Shown here piece by piece: positions 28,783 to 38,105 of a stretch of 64,000 nt of DNA. This DNA comes from Desulfurococcales archaeon (lineage in GTDB: Archaea > Thermoproteota > Thermoprotei_A > Sulfolobales > WANQ01). Position 1 is the stretch's first letter. Each line of letters begins with the position of its first letter. The position numbers and the translations under genes were made by a program. Location of the stretch: positions 18,479 to 82,478 of the forward strand of contig JALVFK010000086.1 of assembly GCA_027030065.1 (NCBI GenBank), given 5' to 3'. The notes under the pieces are model-generated. The model did not search any database. It was not told the origin of the DNA and saw only the letters and a program-made list of their open reading frames with translations.

Positions 28783-29553
28783 CTACTTCATCCCTGCTGG
28801 TACATATATTACTGGTATAATTGATAGTCCAGCAGCATATTCTGCTCTAAGATTACGTGGTTCTAGTTCTCCCTTGATAATAGATTCTATTATTCTGGGT
28901 AGTGGATCAATATAGTATAGGAATGGTATACCACTACTACACTTTATGCGCCAGTACCTCTTAGTGTCTTTTTTCACTCGTTCTCTTCTCTTCTCCAATA
29001 TTCTCTTTATATTGTCTGAACTAACATTGTTTTCCAATATGGATTTTATTACCTCGAGGTTTTCCTCAATATTTTTCTCATAGAAGTCTAGTACTGTGTA
29101 ATCGGCTATTCTTAAGTGGAGCTTCCACTGCTTTAAATCCATCTTCTTATCCTTGCATATACGTACAATCATGGTAGCGTTTTCTTCAATACTAGCCCTA
29201 TAGGTTTCGCCTACTAGTATGAGTGGTGAGATATAAGTCGAGGCGAAAACCAGGCCTTCTGCAACCTCTACTGGTATTTCAAGCAATCGTTTTAGAAGAC
29301 TAGGTAGTTCTCTAAGCTCTCCTATAGGGTATACGAGTTCCCTAAAGGGGTTACCCTCTAGATAATCTCTTAGAACAGACCTATACTTGTGTACAAGCAA
29401 TGGTGTTAAGCCGAGATTTCTATACTTAAAACGTTGTACTAGCCATACCAAACTATCCCATACACCATCTTCATCTAGGTTAAATATCACTACTCCGCGA
29501 AGATTCTTTACAATTGCAGCATACCTTGCGAACATGATGTATTCCTCTAGCAA
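28783..29553 (-). CDS. hypothetical protein
   Basis: 256-aa ORF with protein-like composition. No motif recognised. Confidence 0.5.
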   Translation of the reverse strand: MLEEYIMFARYAAIVKNLRGVVIFNLDEDGVWDSLVWLVQRFKYRNLGLTPLLVHKYRSVLRDYLEGNPFRELVYPIGELRELPSLLKRLLEIPVEVAEGLVFASTYISPLILVGETYRASIEENATMIVRICKDKKMDLKQWKLHLRIADYTVLDFYEKNIEENLEVIKSILENNVSSDNIKRILEKRRERVKKDTKRYWRIKCSSGIPFLYYIDPLPRIIESIIKGELEPRNLRAEYAAGLSIIPVIYVPAGMK

Positions 29554-29617
29554 TGTATGGTTAAACTAGGATTAATAAAGGGTGGTATGACTGGTTATTA
29601 TATGGTAAGATAGGGCT

Positions 29618-30031
29618 TTGATCTTCGGATTCGATCCCTACAAGGAGGTTGTAAAGGTTAGTGATAGAGTAGAGAAAGCCTATAACCTATTATTAGGAGC
29701 CTCTATGATAGAGAAACCCGATGATGTAGGATTAGAAGTTAGGGCACTAATAGGCCCGATGTTGAAGGCTTTGTCGAAGCATAGGAGAAGAGATAAAATT
29801 ATATGGACTCTTAGATCAAAAGCTTATAAAGAAATAGAGAAAAGCATAAAGCATTTGAGAAAAATATTATCAAAAACTCATGAAGAGTTGGAGAAGGTGC
29901 GCTCAGACTTAGAAGAAGTACTGAGAGGACTCGAGGAAGTATTCGAAAACGGCTATGAGGAGGGGGTTGAGGAAAAGATTAGAGGGTTGGCTGACAAACT
30001 ACACCGTGTAGAAGATATTCTATGGGGATAA
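29618..30031 (+). CDS. all-helical hypothetical protein (contains one Rx6H motif)
   Basis: 137 aa, K/E/R-rich helices with 'RKILSKTH'. No confident family assignment. Confidence 0.45.
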   Translation: MIFGFDPYKEVVKVSDRVEKAYNLLLGASMIEKPDDVGLEVRALIGPMLKALSKHRRRDKIIWTLRSKAYKEIEKSIKHLRKILSKTHEELEKVRSDLEEVLRGLEEVFENGYEEGVEEKIRGLADKLHRVEDILWG

Positions 30032-30034
30032 CAA

Positions 30035-30559
30035 GTGTTTAAGGAGAAAAAGAACGACATAGAGAAAAATATTAGTAACTGGCTAATAGAGGAAGGGTTC
30101 AAGCTCGGAAAACTCGAACAGCTACCCGGAATAGAGTATAAGTGGGGCTACAACGTCTTCGCGCCACCGCCAGTACAAGTAAACATAAAATTATTCCAGC
30201 CTAAGCCTTTTCCATCGCAAATAGTTATGGTTATGGGTGTATCTTTATCAAAGGAACACCAGGAGGCTCTAGGAAAAATATCTCCCGACGAAAGGATAGA
30301 GTTCTTGTCAACGCTTTTAATAGATTTAACTAAAATATGTCCTACTTGTAGGATAGCTGTCCAACCAAACATGTTGGAACCTAAGGCAGTAGTGGTTACT
30401 AGGGTATTATATGAGGATAACGTATCTAAGCCTCTACTAATAGACGAGATAACTAGGCTCATAAACTGCTTCCTAGTAATAAATGCGAGTCTATGGAGAA
30501 AGTTCCCGAAAATATCGGGTAAGAAGAGGTCAAAAGAGGGTACGTTGAGTGTAATGTAG
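30035..30559 (+). CDS. hypothetical protein
   Basis: 174 aa, starting 4 nt after the previous gene. The antisense ORF 30148..30570 has Ser/Leu-rich composition typical of shadow ORFs. Confidence 0.5.
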   Translation: MFKEKKNDIEKNISNWLIEEGFKLGKLEQLPGIEYKWGYNVFAPPPVQVNIKLFQPKPFPSQIVMVMGVSLSKEHQEALGKISPDERIEFLSTLLIDLTKICPTCRIAVQPNMLEPKAVVVTRVLYEDNVSKPLLIDEITRLINCFLVINASLWRKFPKISGKKRSKEGTLSVM

Positions 30560-31255
30560 TTTTTGTTCAAGTAGTTTTTTCATACGTCTAGCATTTTCCA
30601 ACATATCGTGGTTATTATTAAAGAAGACGTAGATTGCTTCTCCATTCATTTCAACTAACTTATCTGCAACCTCACTTAATTCCTCGTCTGTATAGTAGTG
30701 GGCATACCATAGCGTTCTCCCATGCATTCTAACATAACTATACCTACTAGTCCTAGCATAAAACACAGTCTCCGGTGAATCAACTGACACTAATGTTATT
30801 CCATTCCTTTCAGCCCACTTAACCCATCTCTCTTGAAACCATTCCCTATTTCTCCACTCTAACGCGAACCTTTCACCCAAGTTTGTAGTTGATATAAAGT
30901 TTTCAATACGTTCTATAAACCTAGGTGTGGGTCTAGCTCTAGGTGGTAACTGGAACAAGTAGAAATCAACGTAAGTGTCCAAGGGCGTGAATAATCGTTT
31001 AAACTTATCCCAAGTATTTAGGGCTTTTTCGTTAAACATGAATACATGTGTTATAAAGCGATTAACCTTTACACTCCACCTAAGATTAACCCTCCTAGTC
31101 TTCTTAGCCCAAGACTTGACTTGATTCGGGAAGGGGAAACGATAGAAGCTTGCATTTAATTCAACAGCATTTAAACCACTATTATCAATATACCATTGGA
31201 AACCATCGGGGTTCCAATCATACATCCACCCACTAGTCCCAACATAAACACGCAT
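30530..31255 (-). CDS. DUF72 (UPF0759) family protein
   Basis: 'VYVGTSGWMYDWNPDGF...LNAVELNASFYRFP' is the DUF72 signature region. Confidence 0.8.
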   Translation of the reverse strand: MRVYVGTSGWMYDWNPDGFQWYIDNSGLNAVELNASFYRFPFPNQVKSWAKKTRRVNLRWSVKVNRFITHVFMFNEKALNTWDKFKRLFTPLDTYVDFYLFQLPPRARPTPRFIERIENFISTTNLGERFALEWRNREWFQERWVKWAERNGITLVSVDSPETVFYARTSRYSYVRMHGRTLWYAHYYTDEELSEVADKLVEMNGEAIYVFFNNNHDMLENARRMKKLLEQKLHYTQRTLF

Positions 31256-31318
31256 GCTGGGTTCCTTTGCTAAGCAATTTTAATCTATAACATAGTATAA
31301 CCCTAGAGGAGATAAACT

Positions 31319-32137
31319 ATGTGCCGCCTACTAGGCTTCAAGACCAAAACCACTAGACTCTTAGAGAAACCATTATATTACTTGCTCCGCGCATCAAGAT
31401 ACGACCCATTAATCCCTGGTTCTCCAGGAGGACATAATCACGGCTGGGGTATAGCGTTCTATGGTTCGAATAATGTGTTCTACTATCGTAGTGGTAATCC
31501 GATGTACACCGAGCCCAAAATAGTAGAATTGATAGCAGGTATGAGTAGTAGTGGTCACGGTATAGTTCATATAAGGCGCGCAGGCCCAAATGAGCCCTTA
31601 GGATTAGTTCACGCTCACCCCTATGTAGCTCAAGTTAACGATACAATATTATTTCTAGCACATAATGGTGGATTGTTTAAGGAAAAATTAGCTGGAATAG
31701 TAGGGTATAGGGGTGATCTAGACAAGGTTACGGATACATTCCTCTACTTTAAACTATTAATCAGTAAGATAAGTGAAACCTCGCATGGCGACATAGTAGA
31801 GGGTATTATTAGTACAGTGGAAGAATTAGTAACCCGAGACCTAGTTAAGGTTAAAGATGCTAGAGGAAGGATTAAGGATTCTACGCTAAACTCTCTTATA
31901 CTAGTAGTAGGTAATGATGGTTCAAGAGTCTTTGTTCTCGAAGACTGGGAGCATATTAGTGATGAGCGACGGAGAGAATATTATGCCATATATTATAGCA
32001 AGTATAGTGACATCGTTGTAGCGGCAAGTAGTACTATTCACAAATGGCTTATCTCCGAGGGTTTCAAGACCTGGAAACCCAGGGCTCTCTTAGAGAAATA
32101 TGTTGGCGAGCACAAGATTAGGATAATAGAGTTGTAA
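31319..32137 (+). CDS. class II (Ntn) glutamine amidotransferase-like protein
   Basis: Starts 'MCRLLG' (N-terminal nucleophile Cys), with 'HNHGWGIAFY' and 'HIRRA..HPY'. Confidence 0.7.
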   Translation: MCRLLGFKTKTTRLLEKPLYYLLRASRYDPLIPGSPGGHNHGWGIAFYGSNNVFYYRSGNPMYTEPKIVELIAGMSSSGHGIVHIRRAGPNEPLGLVHAHPYVAQVNDTILFLAHNGGLFKEKLAGIVGYRGDLDKVTDTFLYFKLLISKISETSHGDIVEGIISTVEELVTRDLVKVKDARGRIKDSTLNSLILVVGNDGSRVFVLEDWEHISDERRREYYAIYYSKYSDIVVAASSTIHKWLISEGFKTWKPRALLEKYVGEHKIRIIEL

Positions 32138-32149
32138 AATATTTCAATG

Positions 32150-32221
32150 GAGAGTTCAGTATTTGGGCTGGTGGTTCTTCAGCATTTAAGCTAAGTTCCC
32201 GCTGGGTTCATCATCACTCTC
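32150..32221 (-). ncRNA. C/D box sRNA
   Basis: Minus strand: GAGAGT-g-ATGATGA-acccagcgggaa-CTTA-gcttaaatg-CTGAAGA-...ccagcccaaata-CTGA-ACTCTC. It has a perfect 6-bp terminal stem and a 3-nt bulge followed by GATGA opposite CTGA, which is kink-turn geometry. Confidence 0.6.
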
Positions 32222-32236
32222 ACTAGCTTTCACTGC

Positions 32237-32701
32237 TTAAGGCTCAATAAGTTTTTGTCTCTTGTGCTGGTAGACCTTGTTTCTCTCAACTATATGTACT
32301 ACGTTATATCCCATTTGAGTTAGAGTATCTGCAATAAATCTTCTATGACACTTAAACCATAGCCTCTCACTACACATTATTGCGACAAACCCGTCTCTAG
32401 TCTCCTCAATTATCTCTATTAGCCTCCTAATACCTTCAAGATATTCACGTGTTTTCATGTATTCTTCATAGCCACCGCTTCGGAATCCCCCTAATAGGTC
32501 TCCGAGCCAGATATAATCTACTCCAATACTACGTAGTGTTCGAGCAAGATTTTCACGGTTAAAATAAGGGTATTTACTGGATTTAGGGAATCTTCGGACA
32601 TCAACTAGTCTCCTTATATTATATTCTCTAAGTATTTCTAGAAATTCTTGTAGTGATCTATTACTGTGTCCTAAAGTGTATACTCTTTTGGTTGGGGCCA
32701 C
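32237..32701 (-). CDS. DUF488 family protein
   Basis: 'VYTLGHSNRSLQEFLEILREYNIRRLVDVRRFPKS' and 'CSERLWFKCHRRFIA'. Confidence 0.8.
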   Translation of the reverse strand: MAPTKRVYTLGHSNRSLQEFLEILREYNIRRLVDVRRFPKSSKYPYFNRENLARTLRSIGVDYIWLGDLLGGFRSGGYEEYMKTREYLEGIRRLIEIIEETRDGFVAIMCSERLWFKCHRRFIADTLTQMGYNVVHIVERNKVYQHKRQKLIEP

Positions 32702-33564
32702 TTTCTAAGCCTCCTAATAAACAATGATATCCTACTATAGTCTTCTCCACCATAGCCGTAGAGGCTTGCTAACTTATACATTTGAGTTGCAGTAGCAATT
32801 AATGGTAGAGGTTGACCCTTATAGTTGCCTGTCTTTAATCCGTACTCGAGGTCTTTTGCGGCTAGGCTCAATTTGAAGCTTGTAGGGTATTCTTCTGCTA
32901 GTAGACGTGAATAATATTTCTTCGCGAATGCTGCGAATACAGTTTCACTTAATATTTCGGCAAAGTATTCTGGGTTTATCCCCCAGGACTCTACTAGACC
33001 TATAGTCTCGCTTAATAATTCTAGACTAGATATTAATAGCGTGTTGAAGGCGAGTTTTAGTACCATAGCTTCTCCTATACGCTCTGAAACATGCATAATC
33101 TTTCCTAAGGCTTCGAGAACGGGCTTATTCTTTTCAATACAGTGTTTCCTACCTGATGCTATGATTAATAATTCTCCTCTCCTCGCAACACGTGGGCCTC
33201 CTAGAACCGGTGCTTCAATAAAGCATGCATCCTCTAATTCTATCTTAGTTGAAATCTCTTTGTCAATGAATGGTGTTGTAGTAGACGTGTTTATTAATGT
33301 GAAGCCTGGTTTAATGCCCTTTAATAAACCATTGAACCCGTATACTATTTCTCGTAGAGCCTCATCATCACTGACCATTACTATTACTGTATCAGTAGTT
33401 AATGCTAAGTCTCGGGGGGTCTCTACGGGTTTAATGCCTTCCCTAGCTATGCGTTCAAGTTTTTCTCTACTCCTATTCCACGCGTATACATTGAATCCCT
33501 TCTCGACGAGTCTAAGAGCCATAGAGTAACCCATATTTCCTAATCCTATAATCCCCACCTTCAT
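32671..33564 (-). CDS. NAD(P)-dependent beta-hydroxyacid dehydrogenase (3-hydroxyisobutyrate / 6-phosphogluconate DH-like)
   Basis: 'MKVGIIGLGNMGYSMALRL' Rossmann motif and 'KDLEYGLK'. Confidence 0.85.
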   Translation of the reverse strand: MKVGIIGLGNMGYSMALRLVEKGFNVYAWNRSREKLERIAREGIKPVETPRDLALTTDTVIVMVSDDEALREIVYGFNGLLKGIKPGFTLINTSTTTPFIDKEISTKIELEDACFIEAPVLGGPRVARRGELLIIASGRKHCIEKNKPVLEALGKIMHVSERIGEAMVLKLAFNTLLISSLELLSETIGLVESWGINPEYFAEILSETVFAAFAKKYYSRLLAEEYPTSFKLSLAAKDLEYGLKTGNYKGQPLPLIATATQMYKLASLYGYGGEDYSRISLFIRRLRKWPQPKEYTL

Positions 33565-33656
33565 CTTCTAGCCCACCATAAGGTTATTATGAAACGTATA
33601 GTTGAAATATCTTTGCCTAAATCATCTTATATGATAGCTTTTAGGGTGTATTATAC

Positions 33657-35033
33657 TTGAATGGTAAGGAATTATCAATAATATTTAACGCCAAGAGTAT
33701 TGCAGTTATAGGTGCATCACCAAATACTAGGAAAGTAGGCGGCATGGTTCTTGATAGGCTTATCCGAGCAGGGTTTAAGGGCAAGATCTATCCCGTAAAC
33801 CCTAAATACAATGAAATAAGAGGGTTGAAAACCTATCCTTCTGTAAAAGAAATAAAAGATAAGATAGACTTAGCAGTTATTGCTGTTCCAGCGAAGGCAG
33901 TTATAGGGGTAGTAGACGAACTAGGAGAAAAGAACGTAAAGGTAGCAGTAGTATTATCAGCAGGATTCTCGGAATCGGGTAACAGGGAGCTAGAAGAGGA
34001 ATTATTAAATCATGCTAGAAGAAGCGGGGTTAGAATAATAGGCCCTAATTGTGCTGGTATAAGTATCCCTCACCGTGGCCTACACGCTAGTTTTGAAGAA
34101 CTCTTCAAGCCAGGTAGTGTAGCATTACTGGGACAGAGCGGGGCATACTTAACAGCGCTTGCTGCAGTTTTATCAGAACGTGGTGTAGGGGTAAGCGCTT
34201 ATTTGAGTCTAGGTAACCGCGTAGACGTGGGCGAGGAAGAGCTTCTAAGAGAACTAGTAGATCACGATGAGACAAAGGTTATCGCACTATATATTGAGGG
34301 ACTAAGGCAGGGGCAGGGTAAGCTCTTATTAGAGGAGGGTAGGCTTGTGGTTTCGAAAAAGCCTATTGTAGTCCATAAGGCTGGTCAAACAGAAGCAGGA
34401 GCTAGAGCTGCTTTATCCCATACTGGTAGTTTAGCTGGATCAATAGAATTATACCTTGCAGCCTTCAAGCAAGCGGGGTTCATTGTAGTAGACGACTTAG
34501 ACTTAATGGCTGATAGTGTTGAAGCCTTGGCATGGAATAGTGTTCTACCAGAGAAGCCTCCAGTAATATTAACTAATAGTGGTGGACATGGCGTAACAAT
34601 AGCTGATCACTTAGAGAGACTCGGAATAAAAGTACCACCCTTGTCAGAGGAATTAAAGTCTAAAGTGAAGAGGGAACTTCCACCCAATGCTTCCGTATCG
34701 AACCCTATAGACATGTTAGCCGAAGGTAATGAGGAAAAATACGAGAAACTATTATCGATACTCTTAGAAGACTCGAGCGTGGGGTCAATAATTGTTATAC
34801 ATAATCCTCCGCCTCTAGTAGACGCATTGAATATAGCTAAAGCAATAGTGAGAACATGGGATAGCTACGATAGAAGTAAGCCCATAGTCTCCTTCTTCGC
34901 TGGCTTTAACGTAGCGGAAGCAATAAGATTTCTAAGAGAAAACAAGGTGCCAGTAGCAGTAACTCATAGAGGAGTAGCTTATGCTGTAAAAGCATTATAT
35001 GAGTATGCAGGGATAAGAAAACGTTTCTTATAG
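33657..35033 (+). CDS. ADP-forming acetyl-CoA synthetase, alpha subunit (CoA-binding / succinyl-CoA-ligase-like)
   Basis: 'IAVIGASPNTRKVGG', 'IYPVNPKY', 'IIGPNCAGI' and phosphohistidine region 'ALSHTGSLAG'. Confidence 0.85.
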   Translation: MNGKELSIIFNAKSIAVIGASPNTRKVGGMVLDRLIRAGFKGKIYPVNPKYNEIRGLKTYPSVKEIKDKIDLAVIAVPAKAVIGVVDELGEKNVKVAVVLSAGFSESGNRELEEELLNHARRSGVRIIGPNCAGISIPHRGLHASFEELFKPGSVALLGQSGAYLTALAAVLSERGVGVSAYLSLGNRVDVGEEELLRELVDHDETKVIALYIEGLRQGQGKLLLEEGRLVVSKKPIVVHKAGQTEAGARAALSHTGSLAGSIELYLAAFKQAGFIVVDDLDLMADSVEALAWNSVLPEKPPVILTNSGGHGVTIADHLERLGIKVPPLSEELKSKVKRELPPNASVSNPIDMLAEGNEEKYEKLLSILLEDSSVGSIIVIHNPPPLVDALNIAKAIVRTWDSYDRSKPIVSFFAGFNVAEAIRFLRENKVPVAVTHRGVAYAVKALYEYAGIRKRFL

Positions 35034-35057
35034 TAGCTTTAACACTACACTATTATA

Positions 35058-35119
35058 GGGGATGATGTCACCGCCAGTGTCGGAACAAAAGTTATGATGT
35101 CGCTTCGCGCTCTGACTCC
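35058..35119 (+). ncRNA. C/D box sRNA
   Basis: GGGG-ATGATGT-caccgccagtgt(12)-CGGA-acaaaagtt-ATGATGT-cgcttcgcgct(11)-CTGA-CTCC. The core is 54 nt. The 3' half is antisense to the last codons of the 35092..35517 gene. Confidence 0.5.
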
Positions 35120-35517
35120 TCTTTAAGCTTTCCAGCTAGTGCTTGAGCAAACTCTTCTATTAGTGTTTTAGCACTACCCGTACACTTCTCTATATCAGAG
35201 TATATTTTCTCTGCTAATTCCTTCGGCGTTACCGAGACATAGACGTATTTGGGTCTACCAGCACCTGCTGGAGGAAGTTTTCTCCTAATAATGAATCCTA
35301 GGTCTACTAGTTTGCTGAGACTACGGCTAATTGAGGCTCTACTTAGTTTAAGTGTTTTGACGATATAGTCTACAGTTGCTCCCTTCTCACCACATTCAGC
35401 TACTTGTTTTAATACTTCTACATCTGTCTCGCTTAGCCCGTAACAGAAGGTTAGGATATCGAATACTCCTATTTCTTTACCTGTTGGGAGTCTTACTTTT
35501 TTCTCGAATATTGACAT
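35092..35517 (-). CDS. winged-helix transcriptional regulator (TrmB/MarR-like)
   Basis: 'ATVDYIVKTLKLSRASISRSLSKLVDLGFIIRRK' HTH plus wing. Confidence 0.75.
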   Translation of the reverse strand: MSIFEKKVRLPTGKEIGVFDILTFCYGLSETDVEVLKQVAECGEKGATVDYIVKTLKLSRASISRSLSKLVDLGFIIRRKLPPAGAGRPKYVYVSVTPKELAEKIYSDIEKCTGSAKTLIEEFAQALAGKLKEESEREATS

Positions 35518-35671
35518 GTCTTAACATCCCCCTACGTTTCTTTTAAATACTATTAATAGTATCTTAACCTATAAATAAAAATATTTTCGTTACATCATAT
35601 TTTCCTATTTGTTCTTTTCATGTTAAAATATTATAGTATTTAAAACTTCATTAAATGTAATATTCTGTGGT

Positions 35672-36298
35672 ATGAGCCTTAGAGGACTTAAACCCTCTTC
35701 ATGTATAAGCTTATGTGCGGGGTATCTAGTGATGATACTGTTTAGAAGGAGTAAAAAGAAGAGCCGTCGAGGCATAAAGTATGAACTACTTGCTGCAGCT
35801 AGTAGTGCTCGAACAGGGTCGCTAAAGATAGATAACTTGATTAGAAGGCTTCGTTATCGTCGAGAGAAATTATTCGAAATGCTCGTAGAATATACTCGGA
35901 AAGGGTTTAAGGAAATAGCCGCTAGTTATAGTAATGAGATAGCTCAGTTAGACAAGATGATAAATGAGTTAACAAAGATACAGATAGCTCTTGAGAGAGT
36001 TGCTATTAGAGCGGAAACTATAGCGATGACTGGTGTAGCTATAGGTCAGGTTGCGAGTTTGAAGGGAGTTATTAAGGAGTTAAAGAAGAGTTTAGGAGCC
36101 GTAATACCGGATGTCTCAATGGTTCTAAGTGATCTTGAAGGTCACATAGAGTCAGCTATGGCTGAACTGGAATATCATGGCGGTGAGGAAATACCAGTTG
36201 TTGCTCCAGCGGGTTCAGCTGAGGTTGAAAAAATACTTAGAGAAGCAGAGGAAATAGCTAGGATAAAGATAGAGGAATCCATGCCTAAGCGTGGTTGA
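35672..36298 (+). CDS. ESCRT-III (CdvB/Snf7-like) paralog
   Basis: Likely start at ATG 35732. The helical hairpin 'ASYSNEIAQLDKMINELTKIQIALERVAIRAETIAMTG' resembles Sulfolobus CdvB paralogs (from memory). Confidence 0.55.
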   Translation: MSLRGLKPSSCISLCAGYLVMILFRRSKKKSRRGIKYELLAAASSARTGSLKIDNLIRRLRYRREKLFEMLVEYTRKGFKEIAASYSNEIAQLDKMINELTKIQIALERVAIRAETIAMTGVAIGQVASLKGVIKELKKSLGAVIPDVSMVLSDLEGHIESAMAELEYHGGEEIPVVAPAGSAEVEKILREAEEIARIKIEESMPKRG

Positions 36299-36391
36299 GT
36301 TTTCCTCTTGTTGATGTTTGTATTGAAGGAAATCTTTATACGCTATTAAAAAATATATTATCAGTCAGTAATAACTTTGAGGTTCTACTAA

Positions 36392-36709
36392 ATGAAACTA
36401 GTTGTATTGAAACGTGATGGTAGAGAGGAGGAGTTTATTTATGAGAAACTTGTTGTAAGCTTATTGAAGGTTGGTATAGGATTAGAGGTTGCGAGAACTA
36501 TTGCTCGTCTAATAGAGTGTAGATTGTTCGAACGAGGTGGCAGGGCGCGCACTTCTGATATAGCACGCTGGGTTTTAGAGTATCTTAGAAGAATCGATGA
36601 GAAACTATATGAGAAGTGGATTGAGTCTTATAGGAAGGAAAAGGGTATTGACTTAGAAAAGATACTAGAAGCTAAGCTATACTATTCAGAGCCTATAATA
36701 ACACCCTAA
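36392..36709 (+). CDS. stand-alone ATP-cone domain protein
   Basis: 'MKLVVLKRDGREEEFIYEKLVVSLLKVGI' is the ATP-cone opening motif. 105 aa. Confidence 0.7.
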   Translation: MKLVVLKRDGREEEFIYEKLVVSLLKVGIGLEVARTIARLIECRLFERGGRARTSDIARWVLEYLRRIDEKLYEKWIESYRKEKGIDLEKILEAKLYYSEPIITP

Positions 36710-36770
36710 CAACTATTATTGTAGAGGACCTTAATAACTTAAAATTGTTTACTGTAAGTTTTTCCCGAGT

Positions 36771-37562
36771 GTGAAGAAATTGGTGATAGTGTCTCCTCAA
36801 CTAATATATACGCATATACGAAGACACCCATTGCTCTTGAAGGCTTGGAGAATGTTGGAGGAAGACCACGAACTCCAGCAATTATTGAAGTTAAGTAATG
36901 TTATGGCTGTTACAAGGCTAAAATACAATGATCACGGCCCAGTTCATGCGAGAATTGTGAGTGGCTCAGCTTTAGAGTTATTCAACCTATTATTAGAGGG
37001 TGGTGTGAAGCCTACGACACTACGGGATGGTACTGCTAGCAGTATAGAGGAGTCCATGCTGATAGTTATGCTGGGTGCTTATATGCATGATATAGGGAAC
37101 TCGTTGCATAGGAGTATGCATGAGTTCCACGGCTACATACTGGCCAAGCCTATTCTTGATAGGATTCTCCCAGACCTTGTCGGCTTCGAGAAACTGGTTC
37201 CCATAAGACAAGAAGTACTCCATGCAATATATTCAACTGATTATAATGTTAATTGCTTAACTGTTGAAGCCGGAGTCGTGAAAATAGCTGATGGAACCGA
37301 TATGGCTGAGGGTCGAGCGAGAGTACCTTACAGGCTCGGTAAGATAGATATGCACTCTGTCTCAGCTCTTAGTATAAAGCGTGTTGAGATAGAACGAGGT
37401 ATTGAGAGGCCTGTGAGAATAAATGTGTATATGAGTGATAGAGCGGGATTGTTTCAGATATTAGAGGTATTGATGCCGAAGATACATACGAGTGGTATAG
37501 GCCAGTATTTTGAGATAACTGCATACGTTGATGGCGAAGAATTGGTTACATATAAGCCTTAG
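36771..37562 (+). CDS. HD-domain phosphohydrolase
   Basis: 'HGPVHA' and 'YMHDIGNSLHR' (H...HD motif). Confidence 0.75.
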   Translation: MKKLVIVSPQLIYTHIRRHPLLLKAWRMLEEDHELQQLLKLSNVMAVTRLKYNDHGPVHARIVSGSALELFNLLLEGGVKPTTLRDGTASSIEESMLIVMLGAYMHDIGNSLHRSMHEFHGYILAKPILDRILPDLVGFEKLVPIRQEVLHAIYSTDYNVNCLTVEAGVVKIADGTDMAEGRARVPYRLGKIDMHSVSALSIKRVEIERGIERPVRINVYMSDRAGLFQILEVLMPKIHTSGIGQYFEITAYVDGEELVTYKP

Positions 37563-37628
37563 CTACATGGTGTTGGGGAATAATATAAATATTGTTTTCA
37601 ATGATATAATTGCCTTGGGGATAAGTTC

Positions 37629-38102
37629 GTGTCGGATCAAGTGAGGATAGAGTTTAATCAAATAGTTGAAGCGCTTAGACCATTGGAAGGTATTAAAGTT
37701 ATAGGAATACTTGAAGGACCACCTACTCGGAACTTTCCTTTCAAAGAACTAGTAGAATTGATTATGACTTATCCTTCATCTAATACTGAAAAGTACCGTG
37801 AACTACTAATAGTTAGTATTAAAACACCTTCTTCAACAATGGTGTTTCACTGTAAATATGATAGAATTCCAGATGATTTCGCCATAGCCTTTAAAGGTGA
37901 TGTATGGGGCTTACTAGTAAAAGCAGCATCTAATCTCTCTAAGGTTACAAAAATCACCTTTACTGTAGTATTATCAGCAGTACTTCATGGAATTCAAGGC
38001 GTGTATATTGATAAGGGACTAGAAGTATATGAAATAGATCTAGAAGAAGTTGCAGACGAGATTGTAGACTGGCTTCCAGAATTCTTTCAAGTAACTAGTT
38101 AG
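37629..38102 (+). CDS. hypothetical protein
   Basis: 157-aa ORF with GTG start. No motif recognised. Confidence 0.45.
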   Translation: MSDQVRIEFNQIVEALRPLEGIKVIGILEGPPTRNFPFKELVELIMTYPSSNTEKYRELLIVSIKTPSSTMVFHCKYDRIPDDFAIAFKGDVWGLLVKAASNLSKVTKITFTVVLSAVLHGIQGVYIDKGLEVYEIDLEEVADEIVDWLPEFFQVTS

Positions 38103-38105
38103 ATT

